Assembly (NCBI GenBank): GCA_964658305.1
Contig: OZ210885.1
Coordinates: forward strand, 12,710,001 to 12,774,000
Length of the DNA stretch: 64,000 nt
Reading direction: 5' to 3'
Origin: Leptogorgia sarmentosa
Lineage: Eukaryota
The notes beneath the pieces are model-generated. The model worked only from the letters and a program-made list of their open reading frames with translations. It ran no database searches and was not told the DNA's origin. Shown in pieces: positions 13,512 through 24,947 of the stretch (positions are counted from its first letter, which is position 1; every line of letters starts with the position of its first letter). The position numbers were made by a program, and so were the translations under genes.

Positions 13512-14869
13512 TTTTTTTTGGTTTTTTTGAGAAGTCAAGTAAAGCTCAGATTATCCCAGAGATACCTGTTTTGTCTGAAGGGTAAAGGGAAGGCAGGTTA
13601 GAAAATGAGATTTCATGTTGTTAGTACTCATTCTCTTCTAGTGCATCTGATTATATACTGTATAGTAAACTTCCTTCTTTATTGTTCCTACATTTCAACA
13701 GATTTGGGCCATTGGTGCGAAGTTGGTGTATGCGGTATGAAGCTCAACACCATTATTTTAAGAGATTGGCTATTGTGATTGGCAATTTTATCAACGCATC
13801 ATACTCGTTGGCAAAAAGACATCAAGAGGGGGTTTGTTATCGGTTACAATCTGCGTAAGGTGGTGCAAGTTCATTTATTGACAAAGGGATTGAAATTGTC
13901 CACGTAAAAAAATTATGTTCATGAAGTTAAATGAGTGTACTGCATGTAAAATCTGTCAAAGATGTGTGGTAGAGTCAGAGGCAAAGATTTCTTTTGCAAA
14001 GGTTGCAGCCTGCAGGCATTGTTTATGCCTAGTCATGTGTTAATCCCATAGATATTTCTAATAAATTTAAATAAGATTTTCCTGTTATTATAGGTAGGGC
14101 TTCTTATGTTGGGGATTCTGATTACAATGACTTAATTAAAGGTAATTCATTTAAAGATTATTGATCTGGGACTTCATCGAATTTAGAACAAATGGCAAAT
14201 TGTGTGATGTGTTATTTTGAAATCATCCTGGTCCAGTGCAACCAGCATACTATTATTACTGTTGACTAACTGGATTGCTGTTTACTTAACAGGACCAAAT
14301 GGATAATAGTCCATGGAACAAAATATAAAGTTGGTGCCATTGTTCATGTTGGATTTGATGATGGGGAGTTTCCACAATTCTGTGAAATTGTTGAAATAGT
14401 GGTCATCAACAAAGGAGTTTCTAAAGCAATGTTTGTTGTGTTTGAAAAGGAAACTGAGGTTTTCTGAACATTATCAAAGTTACGAAATTGCTGCATGCAA
14501 GGAACAAAGAACCAAAATTATTTACCCAAAGGACCTTACTTCACCTTTGCCTCTCAACTTAATTAAACCATTTGGATGCCATAGGAAATATATATGTTTA
14601 AGATACGAAATAGAAATGTACGTAGGAATAATGTGCAGATTCATATATATAATGTATAATAAATAACAATCTCAACAACATTGTAGCTATAAGAACTTGT
14701 CCATGATTTGGCACAGACACTAAGAGTAACATCAAAATACTAGAGGGCATTCAAAGACTGCATACCTCCGCCAGCATCAAATTTTGCACGCACTATATTA
14801 TACCCCTGATTAAACCTTCAGAATATCAATTATGATATCATGATAGTACCCTCACTATCAATGCCTTAC

Positions 14870-15005
14870 TATACGTGTCTTATTGAGAATGCAAAATATA
14901 CCTGATCGCCTGTATCTGCAAATGGACAACTGCTGGCGAGAAACAAGAACAAATATGTAATTATTTTTCATGCTATTTTGGTTCATTTGGACATTTTCAA
15001 GAAGG
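14870..15005 (+). pseudogene. DDE-transposase-like remnant exon
   Basis: IPDRLYLQMDNCWRE(fs)NKNKYV motif, typical of a transposase second catalytic Asp region. Frameshifted. Confidence 0.4.
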
Positions 15006-16728
15006 TGAGACATATATACATGCATTACCATATGATTATATTGTTGTTGACATAAAGCCACAGAACCCATTTATGAGAGTCATAATGATGTTATTTCATT
15101 ATGATGGTTTATGTTGATAACTTAGATGTCCACTGTATTGTAACTCCGAATCTGACAATTTACATGAATCATTTTTCACAATACTGTACGTCAAGGTGAA
15201 CGTTAACATTCTGATGAAGCGACACACCCAACTTTCAAAATGCAATGTTGTAACTGTTGAAGGTATGTCAAGCATATAAATAAAAAAAACAATGAAGCAC
15301 AGTTTACAAAATGTTATATTATTATTACCCTAGCTGATGGAATAAAAATGCCATTTTTACATCATTTTTGTTTTAATATGTTTCTTTTAATATATTTATG
15401 TTTTCATTGTCGACGGCGAGGCGATGACCTGAAAATCTATTTTTAAACGACTCGAAACTTGCGTTTGAGGAGTTGTTGTGGGTTGCAAACTCGGCACACC
15501 AGCCGTTATGCTGGTGCCGGATTCGGACCCTGATAGTGATGATGCAAATTGATGAAATTGAAAAAGTGAGGTTGAAGCATAGGTAGCCCAACGCACGCAT
15601 GACGTATATTCATTAGTATATAAGTATGATAAGGTTGGCCAGTAAACAATAATATGACGTCTTGCGAACAAACTTCGTTAAATTTATATATTTATATGGC
15701 AGAGCTGAAATCAATTAGAGTAACCAAGGTGAACCAGGTAACCAATAGGTACTGTAGATTTAGTTTTTCTCAAGAACATAAATTCTTTATCTTTCCCAGA
15801 TATATACTGGTGCATATCATGCCTCCTGCATGGTACTCGAGGAATTTATCACGACGATAACTTTCTGGATGCCCGTTCTCCTGGTGTACTTGTTGCAGTC
15901 AACATCAGCAATTACAAGAAAAGACCCGTTATTGGAAAGGTTACTGAAGTTCATGAGAATGAATTTCATAGTTCAACTCTTTTGCAGCGATACTTATGTG
16001 TGCACTGAGCTAAACCATATTCCTGAATTCATCCATATTTTTCTTTGTAAAGGTACTAGCAGTAGTATAGTGCAACTACCTGAATCATGTGGTTCACATG
16101 TGGAAACTAAAGACAGCATCACAGAATATTCGGTATACTACACAAGGATTTGTGAGAATGCAACTGACACATCTAAAATGCTGCAGATAAAGAAACTACT
16201 AATATTTAATACTGAAAAAACTGTGTGCATATCAATGACAGCCCAATCGGTTTGACTCTGGACCAGGAAATATCTCTTGCAGCCAAAGCTCGAATTAATA
16301 AATTATTTGATCAGAGAACATTTGAAATTGTAATTAGTATTTCCAACAGTTATGTATTGATAAAGTTATCCTATTTAAATGATCTGTTTGATAATAAAAC
16401 TTCAGTCGCGGAGAGAGAGGACGAGCAGGAAACGGACATCGACTTGGAGTTGTTTAGTGGTATCGACATTGTCTCTCCAACTCCGAAAAAAAAGGCGCAA
16501 AAAAAAGAAAAAGCCATCGGTGCAACACCCAACACGTGTACCACCAGTGCAGGAACCTTCTCGCGCCGAATAGGTTCCGGAAGATGATGGCCACCCGGTT
16601 TGTAAAACAGTTGAATCAGCACAGTTCAGATTGGAGAACTCGGATTGACAGCGATTTAACTTATAATCACTTGATGAAGATATCATTCACCTACAGCTCA
16701 TCGTGGACGGACTGTTTACGGCTATTTC

Positions 16729-17209
16729 TACGGTGGCCCACAAGTGCAATGCACAAAACTCAATTCCACTACACAAAACTCAATTCCACTACACAAAACT
16801 CAATTCCACTACACAAAACTCAATTCCACTACACAAAACTCAATTCCACTACACAAAACTCAATTCCACTACACAAAACTCAATTCCACTACACAAAACA
16901 AAATCCACGATACAATAAACTCACTTCACGATACAAAAAACTCAATTGACGATACAGAAAAAACAATATATTCACTAGCACACAAAACAAAATTCCACTA
17001 CGCACGCGCAAAGTATTCATAAAGTAATCATGGCAGGAAAAACGCGGGAAAGTCGCGCAGTCTCCGTTCGACCCACTCCGACCACGTGCGTTCGATTTGA
17101 TTTTTTTACTCCGCCATCTTGTTGTTATCACAACGTTAACGCGATCATAATGGACATGAAGTGCCGAAATTGTGGGTCAGATGTAGCTGATGAGTTTAAA
17201 TTTTGTCCA
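16729..17209 (+). repeat. Left TIR (481 bp) with 7 x 20-bp unit CACAAAACTCAATTCCACTA
   Basis: Direct inspection. Reverse complement of 21823-22466 apart from array copy number and about 2 substitutions. Confidence 0.92.
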
Positions 17210-18376
17210 GACTGTGGTAATATGTTGACAGAGATGGATATTATCGCCCATTACTTTATGAGAGGTTTCGAATACTCAACTATCTTGTCCTTTTTGAGAG
17301 AATTTCATGACACTGAAATGTCGCTGAGAACTTTGAAGAACAGGCTGCAAAGCATGGGTTTGAAAAGGCGTAACGTTGGTGCTGACGAGGAAGAAGTAAC
17401 TATGGCCATACAGGAGGAACTGAATGGCCCAGGATGCCTACGTGGCTATCGATCAATGTGGCATTGCCTACGTTTGAAATATGGCATTCAAGCACCAAGG
17501 GCTATGGTACAACGCATCCTTCGAGTACTAGATCCAGAGGGATCAGATGACAGGCGCGCCCATCGCTTAAAACGTCGTCGCTACATCAATCCAGGCCCGA
17601 ATTACGCGTGGCACGTTGACGGATACGATAAACTGAAGCCTTATGGCTTCCCGGTGCATGGCTGTATTGATGGTTTCAGTCGACGAATTTTATGGTTAAA
17701 GGTTTGCAGAACAAACAATGATCCTGCTGTGACCGCAAGTTTTTATTTGGAATATGTACGGTTGGTTAATGGTTGTCCAATTTTGCTTAGGACAGACTGT
17801 GGTACCGAGAATGGTACTATGGCTGCTATGCAGTGTTACTTTCGTTCTGGAGCACATGATGAATTTGCCGGAATAAATGCCCACAAGTATGGCTCTTCCC
17901 ATTCGAATCAAAGAATTGAGAATTGGTGGTCCTATCTACGTCGCAACAGATCATCATGGTGGATTAACTTTTTTAAGGATCAAGTCGAACAAGGTAATAT
18001 TAACACGTCGGATGAGTTACAGATGGAATGCCTATGGTTTTGTTTTTCTGACCTGCTCCAACATGATTTTGACGAAGTAAAGAACCATTGGAATACTCAC
18101 TATGTGAGAAGATCGAGATTTGACACTGTGGCAGGTCGCCCTGATGAGTTATATCATCTTCCTGAGAATTTTGGTAGTAGCGAATTCTTGCAGAATGTTT
18201 GCATCGAGCAAACAAATGACATGCAGGAATTCTGCGAGCTACCTGAAAGCAACATGTATCAGGAATACTTCGAATATGCGATGCTGCAAACTAACTTCGC
18301 AAAACCATCAAACTGGAATCAGGCTTTGCAGCTTTACAGGCATCTAGTTACTGTGGCAAACAATGGCAATAATTAA
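17030..18376 (+). CDS. DDE transposase (rve/IS3-IS481-like integrase core) with N-terminal Zn-ribbon and HTH-like region
   Basis: 448-aa intact ORF. Motifs CRNC..CPDC, WHVDGYDKLKPYGFPVHGCIDGFSR, LRTDCGTEN, NQRIENWW (D-D-E). True start may be Met41/43. Confidence 0.9.
   Translation: MAGKTRESRAVSVRPTPTTCVRFDFFTPPSCCYHNVNAIIMDMKCRNCGSDVADEFKFCPDCGNMLTEMDIIAHYFMRGFEYSTILSFLREFHDTEMSLRTLKNRLQSMGLKRRNVGADEEEVTMAIQEELNGPGCLRGYRSMWHCLRLKYGIQAPRAMVQRILRVLDPEGSDDRRAHRLKRRRYINPGPNYAWHVDGYDKLKPYGFPVHGCIDGFSRRILWLKVCRTNNDPAVTASFYLEYVRLVNGCPILLRTDCGTENGTMAAMQCYFRSGAHDEFAGINAHKYGSSHSNQRIENWWSYLRRNRSSWWINFFKDQVEQGNINTSDELQMECLWFCFSDLLQHDFDEVKNHWNTHYVRRSRFDTVAGRPDELYHLPENFGSSEFLQNVCIEQTNDMQEFCELPESNMYQEYFEYAMLQTNFAKPSNWNQALQLYRHLVTVANNGNN
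17111..17120. promoter_or_regulatory. YY1-like CCGCCATCTT core-promoter motif in TIR (mirror copy 21912-21921)
   Basis: Motif lies ~30 bp upstream of the MDMKC start in both TIRs. Confidence 0.35.
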
Positions 18377-18699
18377 TGCCTTTTTATTGCAGCAACAGTA
18401 GTTCAGTGGCACGCAAGGGGACAGGCTTCAGTTGTTTATAACTGCATGCGTCTTCCTTCAGGTAGAATGTCAAGGTTGAAACTCTGAACATAATAATCCT
18501 AACACTTAAGTGTTGATACAACAAACTGGACAATAGCAATTATGTAAAATCAACATTTGCAGTAGATTTTGCTTCATAAATGCAAAGTTTAGCTGTACAA
18601 TTTAGAAAAATAACATGCATTGTCACAATATACAATAGCTAGGTCAACGCTGAACAACAAAAAGCATTATTTAATTGGGTCAACATACAACATATTCTA

Positions 18700-18917
18700 C
18701 AGGGTGTATAAGAAAAATGCAACCACTTAATATTCTAACTACGAAAATTTGTTGTTCCTTTGTCAGCTGCACCATTGTTCATTTAGCTGACATGACTATC
18801 AGCGACTCAATTGTACGATTAGAAGACACTTTAAAGTCCCAGGGGCCTAAAATATTTTGTGCTTAAGAACAATATGAATATCTCGAATATAAGTGTTGCG
18901 TTTTTTGATACACCGTG
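18700..18917. mobile_element. Old Tc1/mariner-type MITE nested between the two genes
   Basis: TA|CAGGGTGTATAAGAAAAATGCAAC..GTTGCGTTTTTTGATACACCGTG|TA, degenerate TIRs, TA TSD. Confidence 0.65.
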
Positions 18918-19118
18918 TATTCTAACAAAATATCAACAACTAAACATTATAAGAATATAAGGCACGCAGATACGGTGGCATCTATCCAGAAATCTATTCA
19001 GTTAACATTAATACATGGTAATGTAATGACCATTATTGTTCAACTTAAACCTCTTGAAACTACTTGAACATTCATGTTTGTAAGTGTTCAATTTACATCA
19101 CAATGTTAACACAACAAA

Positions 19119-20484
19119 TTATGGCTCACCAAATCCACGAGTGTTGAGAAATGCAAATGATAGGGCCTCTTTGAACTTATCATACAAAGTGTGGGTGACA
19201 GGCAGATAAAGAATACAACCGCATGTGTTAGCTTTGGGAAATTTGGACATTGCACCATTTTTTTCAGCAAGATGTAGAAACTCTAAAGACAATTTCATCC
19301 CAAATGGTGGCATAACTTTGCATCCACAAGCAAAAAACAGAATATCACTAAATGTGACCTCTTTTTCCACCTTCTCTTCAACATCCAACAAATAATCATT
19401 CCAATGTGATATGACCAAAGATTCAGAACAATACCGATTGGAGCCAACCTCGCTGAACTTAGCTTCAAACAGTTGTGAAAAGAGTTCAGCATTGAGTTGC
19501 CGAGGCGAATAGCAAAAAACAGGGCGAAACGATTCAGGATTCTTCGAAACAGAATCGTAAACTCCTAACACAGACAGCCCTTTTACAAATTGTTCTTGTG
19601 AAAAGTGTGACCTACCAAGCAGAAACCATTTTACAGTTTGCTGAACTAATGTTGAGACTTCATCCAATGATGATACAAATTTGAAGGTTCCAGCAAGATC
19701 TAATAATGTACTTAAAGAAGAGCTGTCAATCAATGCATTTGCTTCATCAATACCCTTGGCATCCAATAATTTTTCCAAAGAAGATCTTATTTCGACATCA
19801 TATACATCATTCACACTAACAAGAACATTATTAGGACCTTCCACAATGCACTGATAAAGACATGGAGAGAGACAACCAAAACCAGGACCTCCATGAACCA
19901 GAGACATTGCTATTATTTGCCCAGCATGAAAATAGTCATGTTTACCTTGAGAGGTAGCATTACATGACAAGTACTTACTATTGTCACTGCCACAAAAAAG
20001 GTGCGAATTCATTAACCAGTCTAAAACTAAGGTAAAAAACTCTCTTTTGGGTCCTCCCAAATCTACGGCCCCTTCTGAGTTACCAACATCATCACAAAAT
20101 TTGACTGATATCTTATTTTGAGGAGAGAAGGATTTTCTTGTTAGAGCTCTAGTAGTACCCTCCCACACATGGCTGCGACTAATGTTAAATTTTGATATTA
20201 CATCTAACTTAATGACATTGGAAAGTTTCTTAAGAATATCAGGCAGTGGCAATGCACAATTCTGGGAACTGGGTGACTCCTCATTTTGGCTTACTTCTAT
20301 TTCCCCATCACTCATGCTTTCATAATCTGCCGGATCAACCTCATCACACAACCAAGATGCATACAACCAATCAAATTCCACAGCTGGAGTTACAGTTGAT
20401 GGGCCAGGAACTTCACTGTGATTCCCTGGTGACACACTTTGGACAGATATAACTTCATCTGTGCTCATAGGGCTAGCTTCATCC
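19119..20484 (-). CDS. HECT-domain E3 ubiquitin ligase (G2E3-like), last exon
   Basis: EGAVDLGGPKREFFTL, AGQIIAMSLVHGGPG, ILFFACG, FPKANTCGCILYLP (catalytic Cys) and C-terminal GFG. Acceptor TTTTCAG just upstream of 20484. Confidence 0.9.
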
Positions 20485-21232
20485 CTGAAAACAATTCTAA
20501 AAGGATAATGTTGATACAAGTATTTTAGTCTACTACTATACTTTTGAAACTTTATACCTTATAACGTACATAAAGAGAATCCTAAAATAAAGCCATTTGA
20601 TACTGGCTCAAACCACCATTCGTGATGGTGCTGGGACCTGGCGAAATGTATCTCTATTTGGGCCTTTTCATAAATGATTCAAACAGGCTAAATTTCTGTA
20701 ACCTGGAAAAGTTGATGAATATGTAGCATGGCATATAATAGCAAATAATAACATAGTCAAACAGCAGGGGACAGGGGGTTAACCTCCTACTTCCTCAATG
20801 GAGTAAATTTTAATCAGAACAATTTAATAATGAAGAAGCACATGTGGTAAAATTTTAGATTAGTTATGGCTACAAAATTTATATATGGAAATTTCAGGCA
20901 AAGATGGTCACTGCATGGGACAATCCAAAAAGTAATCAACCTCTTAGAAAGGCCTCCTTTGTGCATCTTTCTAGCACATTTGACAATGACCTGAAGTACT
21001 ATTTTAGTACTAGACCCTTGTAGAAGAGGAAAATTTCCTATGTGGAGAAGTGGGGATATTTACAGTATTTACTGAAGGAACCAATTTTGAAGAGCCGACA
21101 GGAACCTGTGACCAAGACATTCAATGAGTAAATTGCAATGAAACATTGCCTAGCTGTTGCCTTGGCTGTTGCTATAGTAACAGTGATTTTATTTCATATA
21201 TTTTAAAGTATGGAAAATAAGGAATGACTTAC

Positions 21233-22002
21233 TTATTGTTTCCCATATCTTGCTTGCATTCCATAACCATATCACTCGAACAACCAGTGCGATCAAATGT
21301 ATCTTCCTCAACAGTCTCATTATTTTCATCTGAATTCTCTGTACAGAGATATAAAACTAGTCTTGAATAATTCTTTCCGAGATCTTCCTTATAAGTACTA
21401 AGACAAAAAGGTGTATCTGGCTGTCCTGGTAAGCTTGAAGCATTCTGTCCGTCTGGGTATACAATGTCCCAATCCAGCTTTTCATCGAACGATTGATCAT
21501 ACGCCTTTCTTTTCACCAAAGCTGCTGTCAAAAGTTGTGCGTAATTTGCGTCTTTGTTTATTTTCAGCGGTAAAGATTTTCCCCTAACTGGCGTATAAAC
21601 ATTTGAAGAATCTGCACAATGGGGATCGTACTTCATCACCCCAATATTGATTAGCACATCTTTTTGTTTCAGGCCATTTGGACATTTTTTTGTTTTTCCA
21701 CGAAAGAATGTTGCACGTTGCTGACTTTTTTGGGCCTTGAACCTTTCAAAGGTATCACAGGCACGTCGGTAGTTGGATCCATTGGCATTGGTGACCATCT
21801 TGGTGGTCTTTTCGCCGCATTTTGGACAAAATTTAAACTCATCCGCTACATCTGACCCACAATTTCGGCACTTCATGTCCATTATGATCGCGTTAACGTT
21901 GTGATAACAACAAGATGGCGGAGTAAAAAAATCAAATCGAACGCACGTGGTCGGAGTGGGTCGAACGGAGACTGCGCGACTTTCCCGCGTTTTTCCTGCC
22001 AT
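21233..22002 (-). CDS. First exon of the HECT gene: TIR-encoded Zn-ribbon plus ubiquitin-like-fold region
   Basis: First 60 aa identical to the transposase. RGKSLPLKI..YPDGQ..LPGQ..F.L..YKEDLGKNYSRLVLYLC. GTAAGT donor after 21233 is phase 2, matching the HECT exon acceptor. Confidence 0.75.
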
Positions 22003-22466
22003 GATTACTTTATGAATACTTTGCGCGTGCGTAGCGGAATTTTGTTTTGTGTGCTAGTGAATATATTGTTTTTTCTGTATCGTCAATTGAGTTTTTTGTA
22101 TCGTGAAGTGAGTTTATTGTATCGTGAAGTGAGTTTATTGTATCGTGAAGTGAGTTTATTGTATCGTGAAGTGAGTTTATTGTATCGTGGATTTTGTTTT
22201 GTGTAGTGGAATTGAGTTTTGTGTAGTGGAATTGAGTTTTGTGTAGTGGAATTGAGTTTTGTGTAGTGGAATTGAGTTTTGTGTAGTGGAATTGAGTTTT
22301 GTGTAGTGGAATTGAGTTTTGTGTAGTGGAATTGAGTTTTGTGTAGTGGAATTGAGTTTTGTGTAGTGGAATTGAGTTTTGTGTAGTGGAATTGAGTTTT
22401 GTGTAGTGGAATTGAGTTTTGTGTAGTGGAATTGAGTTTTGTGCATTGCACTTGTGGGCCACCGTA
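21823..22466 (-). repeat. Right TIR (644 bp) with 12 x 20-bp and 4 x 21-bp units
   Basis: (GTGTAGTGGAATTGAGTTTT)12 at 22201-22440 and (AAGTGAGTTTATTGTATCGTG)4 at ~22106-22189. Confidence 0.92.
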
Positions 22467-23439
22467 TATTTCGTAATGTCAACCAACATTGGAATGAACT
22501 GCCAAGAACTGTACCCGAAGCAATAAAAGTTGGTAATCCTCAAGAATATTTCCTTAATTAGTTTCCCGATCTTGTTCTCAGAGTGTACAAAATTTGCAAG
22601 ACCATGTGGTTATTTGAAAGAATTGCCAGGTGTGAAAGAATGTTTTAAGGGTAGGTATTTTTGGAGTAAATTGCATTGAACGAGTACATCCAATCAGCCG
22701 TGCCACACCGTTTTGTTGCTTCGATGTACATAACTAAATTTATTATATGGCAAGTGTTTCTGAGCGGTCCCTCTGCCAAAATACAGCTTTCTGATTGGTT
22801 CCTGAGCGGTCGCTAACCTGCAGTACGGAAATACCAACAAAACGGTCAAAAATTTCCATCGTTTTGCCTAATCTATATGAGGTAAAACGTATTCTCACTT
22901 CGTATCATGGTATCACGAAAAAATATATCTTTCCCAGGAACTTTGAGATTGCTCGGATTTACTATTATACTACGTCATTCTCACTTCGTATCATCCTATC
23001 ATCGTAAAAGTGTCCTAATGTAAACGAGATCCCAGTATCGCAAAAAAACACTACTAATTTTTAATACTGAAATAACTGTGTGCATATCACTGACTGTCCA
23101 ATGTCTTGCACCTAATGTAAGCTTAAACGAGATCCCAATCTCGAAAAAACTTATTAACTGTTAACTGAGTACGCTATGGCCCACACTATGCGTGACAAAC
23201 GAGGATTTAAATTCTCAAAACACGGACAAAAGATAAGAGGAACTGAGACGTCAGGTTTCAGTCAAGCACCTCAACCTGACAACAGAAGCACGCAGCAAGG
23301 TTGGAAGTAAAGACCACCGCCTTAGCGTTACCCCCTAGAGGGCCCCGCAAACAGGCACGAACACGAAGAGAACTGCTGCCAAAATCAGGGCCAAACGATG
23401 CACGAACACACGGATTGACAGCACTCTTGGATTCTTTAA

Positions 23440-23572
23440 CTCTTCGATTCTTCAACTCTTCGATTCTTCAACTCTTTGATTTTTCAACTTTTCAACTCTT
23501 CAACTCTTCGACTCTTCGATTCTTCGATTCTTCGATTCTTCGATTCTTCGATTCTTCGTCTTCAACTCTTCG
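23440..23572. repeat. 8-bp minisatellite (TCTTCRAY)n
   Basis: Tandem TCTTCGAT/TCTTCAAC units. Confidence 0.8.
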
Positions 23573-24871
23573 CCCGGAGGCGATTCACTTGCTATTCCGA
23601 GCCATATTTTAACTCTGAAAAGCGAGCTTAAGATTACGGGACGCGCCCACCCGGAAGGTAATATTCAATTTTCAGTTTATAGCGCATGCGTGATTTTACG
23701 TCGTCAAAGTTTTTATCACTAGCTTTGTTCTTTCATGGAATGGCTCAATCAACTAAAACTATACATCGCTTCACAGATGATACAACAAAAGAGTAGTTTT
23801 ATTATAACAATCTTATTGTCTTTATTTTTTAAAACGTTTTTTAGTGGTAATCTTAACGCGAAGAATTTAGCGCGTGGGCTCTGAACAAACATCATTGGTT
23901 GAAACCAACGTGGTTGTTTTATCTCCAGGCAGACAACGTTGCCGGCGAACTTTCTCTTCCCCGCATTTTCATGCGCTCGCTCACCTAGTTGGCGGGTAGC
24001 ACTCTTTCACGACCGGTGCGTGAGTGCGGAAATGGTAGACAGCAGACACACATAGAGATCAGAAGGAGACACGGAGTGCGCTTCGGTTTGTTGTGTCAAA
24101 AGGGAGACGCAAATGTGGCATATTCGTTTCAGAAATATTTGGCATGTTCATTCAGACAATGTGTATTTACTAGCAGTTTGTATGTATGTATCTTTGTATA
24201 ATGAAAAAATCTTCCCGGTGCCCATGAAATGAAAAATTGTTTTCTTCCCTTTCGAGTCAGGAACTTTAGCAAACATGTAACGTTTCCACAACAAACATTA
24301 CTCACATTTTTGTACCCCGTCGATTTTAGAAGTTATTTTAGGGTGTTATTTTAACACCGTACCTCCTTAGTTGAGTTAAAATTAAAAACTCGAAATGTGG
24401 TGCCAAAATATCACTCTTTTTGGTGTTGCGACTCTTGGTCGTCTTTGACGTGAGTTACCGATATTGAGTATTTTCATGTTACCTTTCGCTTTTCTCTGAC
24501 ACTGTTCTCGGATACGCTTGCTTGTCAAGCCATAAGAGTAAGAGCAAGAGTAAGTTTGTTTCGCGTTATTCTAAATTTCAAACCCAATAATAATCCTTGG
24601 AGTAAAACAATGATTTTCAATATGGGATCAACAAAGCGCGGAATATGCAGATACCTGTCAGTCTGGGCAATGCTTTTGCACGAATTTTGTCCACAAATTT
24701 CTCAACCTTGGAGATGCATAGATATCCAAGTGCACAGCGAATTATTATTACAACTCGCCTTTCTAGGGCCATCAGCAACACACTATTTCCCATGTTGTTT
24801 TCCTTTCCCTTGCGAACTTGAGTGCGAACCACATGACGATGCCCACTATATCGAAGCTGTCCACTGAATAT

Positions 24872-24947
24872 AGGTTCTGCCGAGACTTGAACTCGGATCG
24901 ATCGCTGGTTTCAGAGTCCAAAGTGCTAATCATTACACCCCAAAACC
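24872..24947 (-). tRNA. tRNA-Gln(CTG), likely pseudogene (4-nt GATC duplication)
   Basis: Minus strand GGTTTTGGGGTGTAATGATTAGCACTTTGGACTCTGAAACCAGCGATCGATCCGAGTTCAAGTCTCGGCAGAACCT. Confidence 0.65.

Larger units (their letters stand above)
10940..14620 (+). mobile_element. Degenerate EnSpm/CACTA (CMC) transposon remnants
   Basis: Exon 13702-13858 reads FGPLVRSWCMRYEAQHHYFKRLA..NFINASYSLAKRHQ (EnSpm transposase C-terminal motif). 14293-14620 reads TKYKVGAIVHVG..FPQFCEI. Accessory-ORF-like pieces MELTYSFRRQMI (11301) and FYLINFDYPK (12800). Boundaries approximate. Confidence 0.65.
16729..22466. mobile_element. Complete IS3EU-like DNA transposon (DDE integrase + HECT ligase) with long TIRs
   Basis: TSD TATTTC at 16723-16728 and 22467-22472. 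Termini TACGGTGGCCCACAAG..CTTGTGGGCCACCGTA. TIRs 16729-17209 and 21823-22466. Two convergent intact genes. Confidence 0.92.
16590..22650 (+). pseudogene. RNase L/Ire1-like KEN ribonuclease domain exon, split by the transposon (parts ~16590-16728 and 22473-~22650)
   Basis: Removing 16729-22472 restores DWRTRIDSD..YSSSWTDCLRLFRNVNQHWNELPRTVPEAIKVGNPQEYFLN*FPDLVLRVYKIC. It also has an internal stop. Confidence 0.7.

Noticed and set aside
15205..15245. Other CTGATGA/CTGACGA motifs (also ~4203, 17187, 17382, 18141, 52181, 60874) as hammerheads
   Set aside because: No stem II followed by GAAA and no closing stem I.
17030..18376. Bacterial IS3/IS481 element or retroviral integrase (contamination or LTR element)
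   Set aside because: It sits in a TIR element with a spliced eukaryotic HECT gene, with no RT, gag or LTRs, and is inserted with a TSD into animal sequence.
20617..20702. Possible extra internal exon of the HECT gene
   Set aside because: All three frames hit a stop after the candidate acceptor, and exon 1 already joins the HECT exon in frame.
22083..22543. Repetitive ORFs (TQNSIPLHKTQFHYTKLNS)n and a CRISPR-like look of the 20-bp arrays (also 16703-17022)
   Set aside because: Pure tandem repeats with no spacers and no cas genes. The frames are open only because the unit lacks stop codons on that strand.
23258..23612. ORFs over the GC-richer segment and 8-bp minisatellite
   Set aside because: Low-complexity translation with no domain; probably the 5' end of an unidentified repeat.
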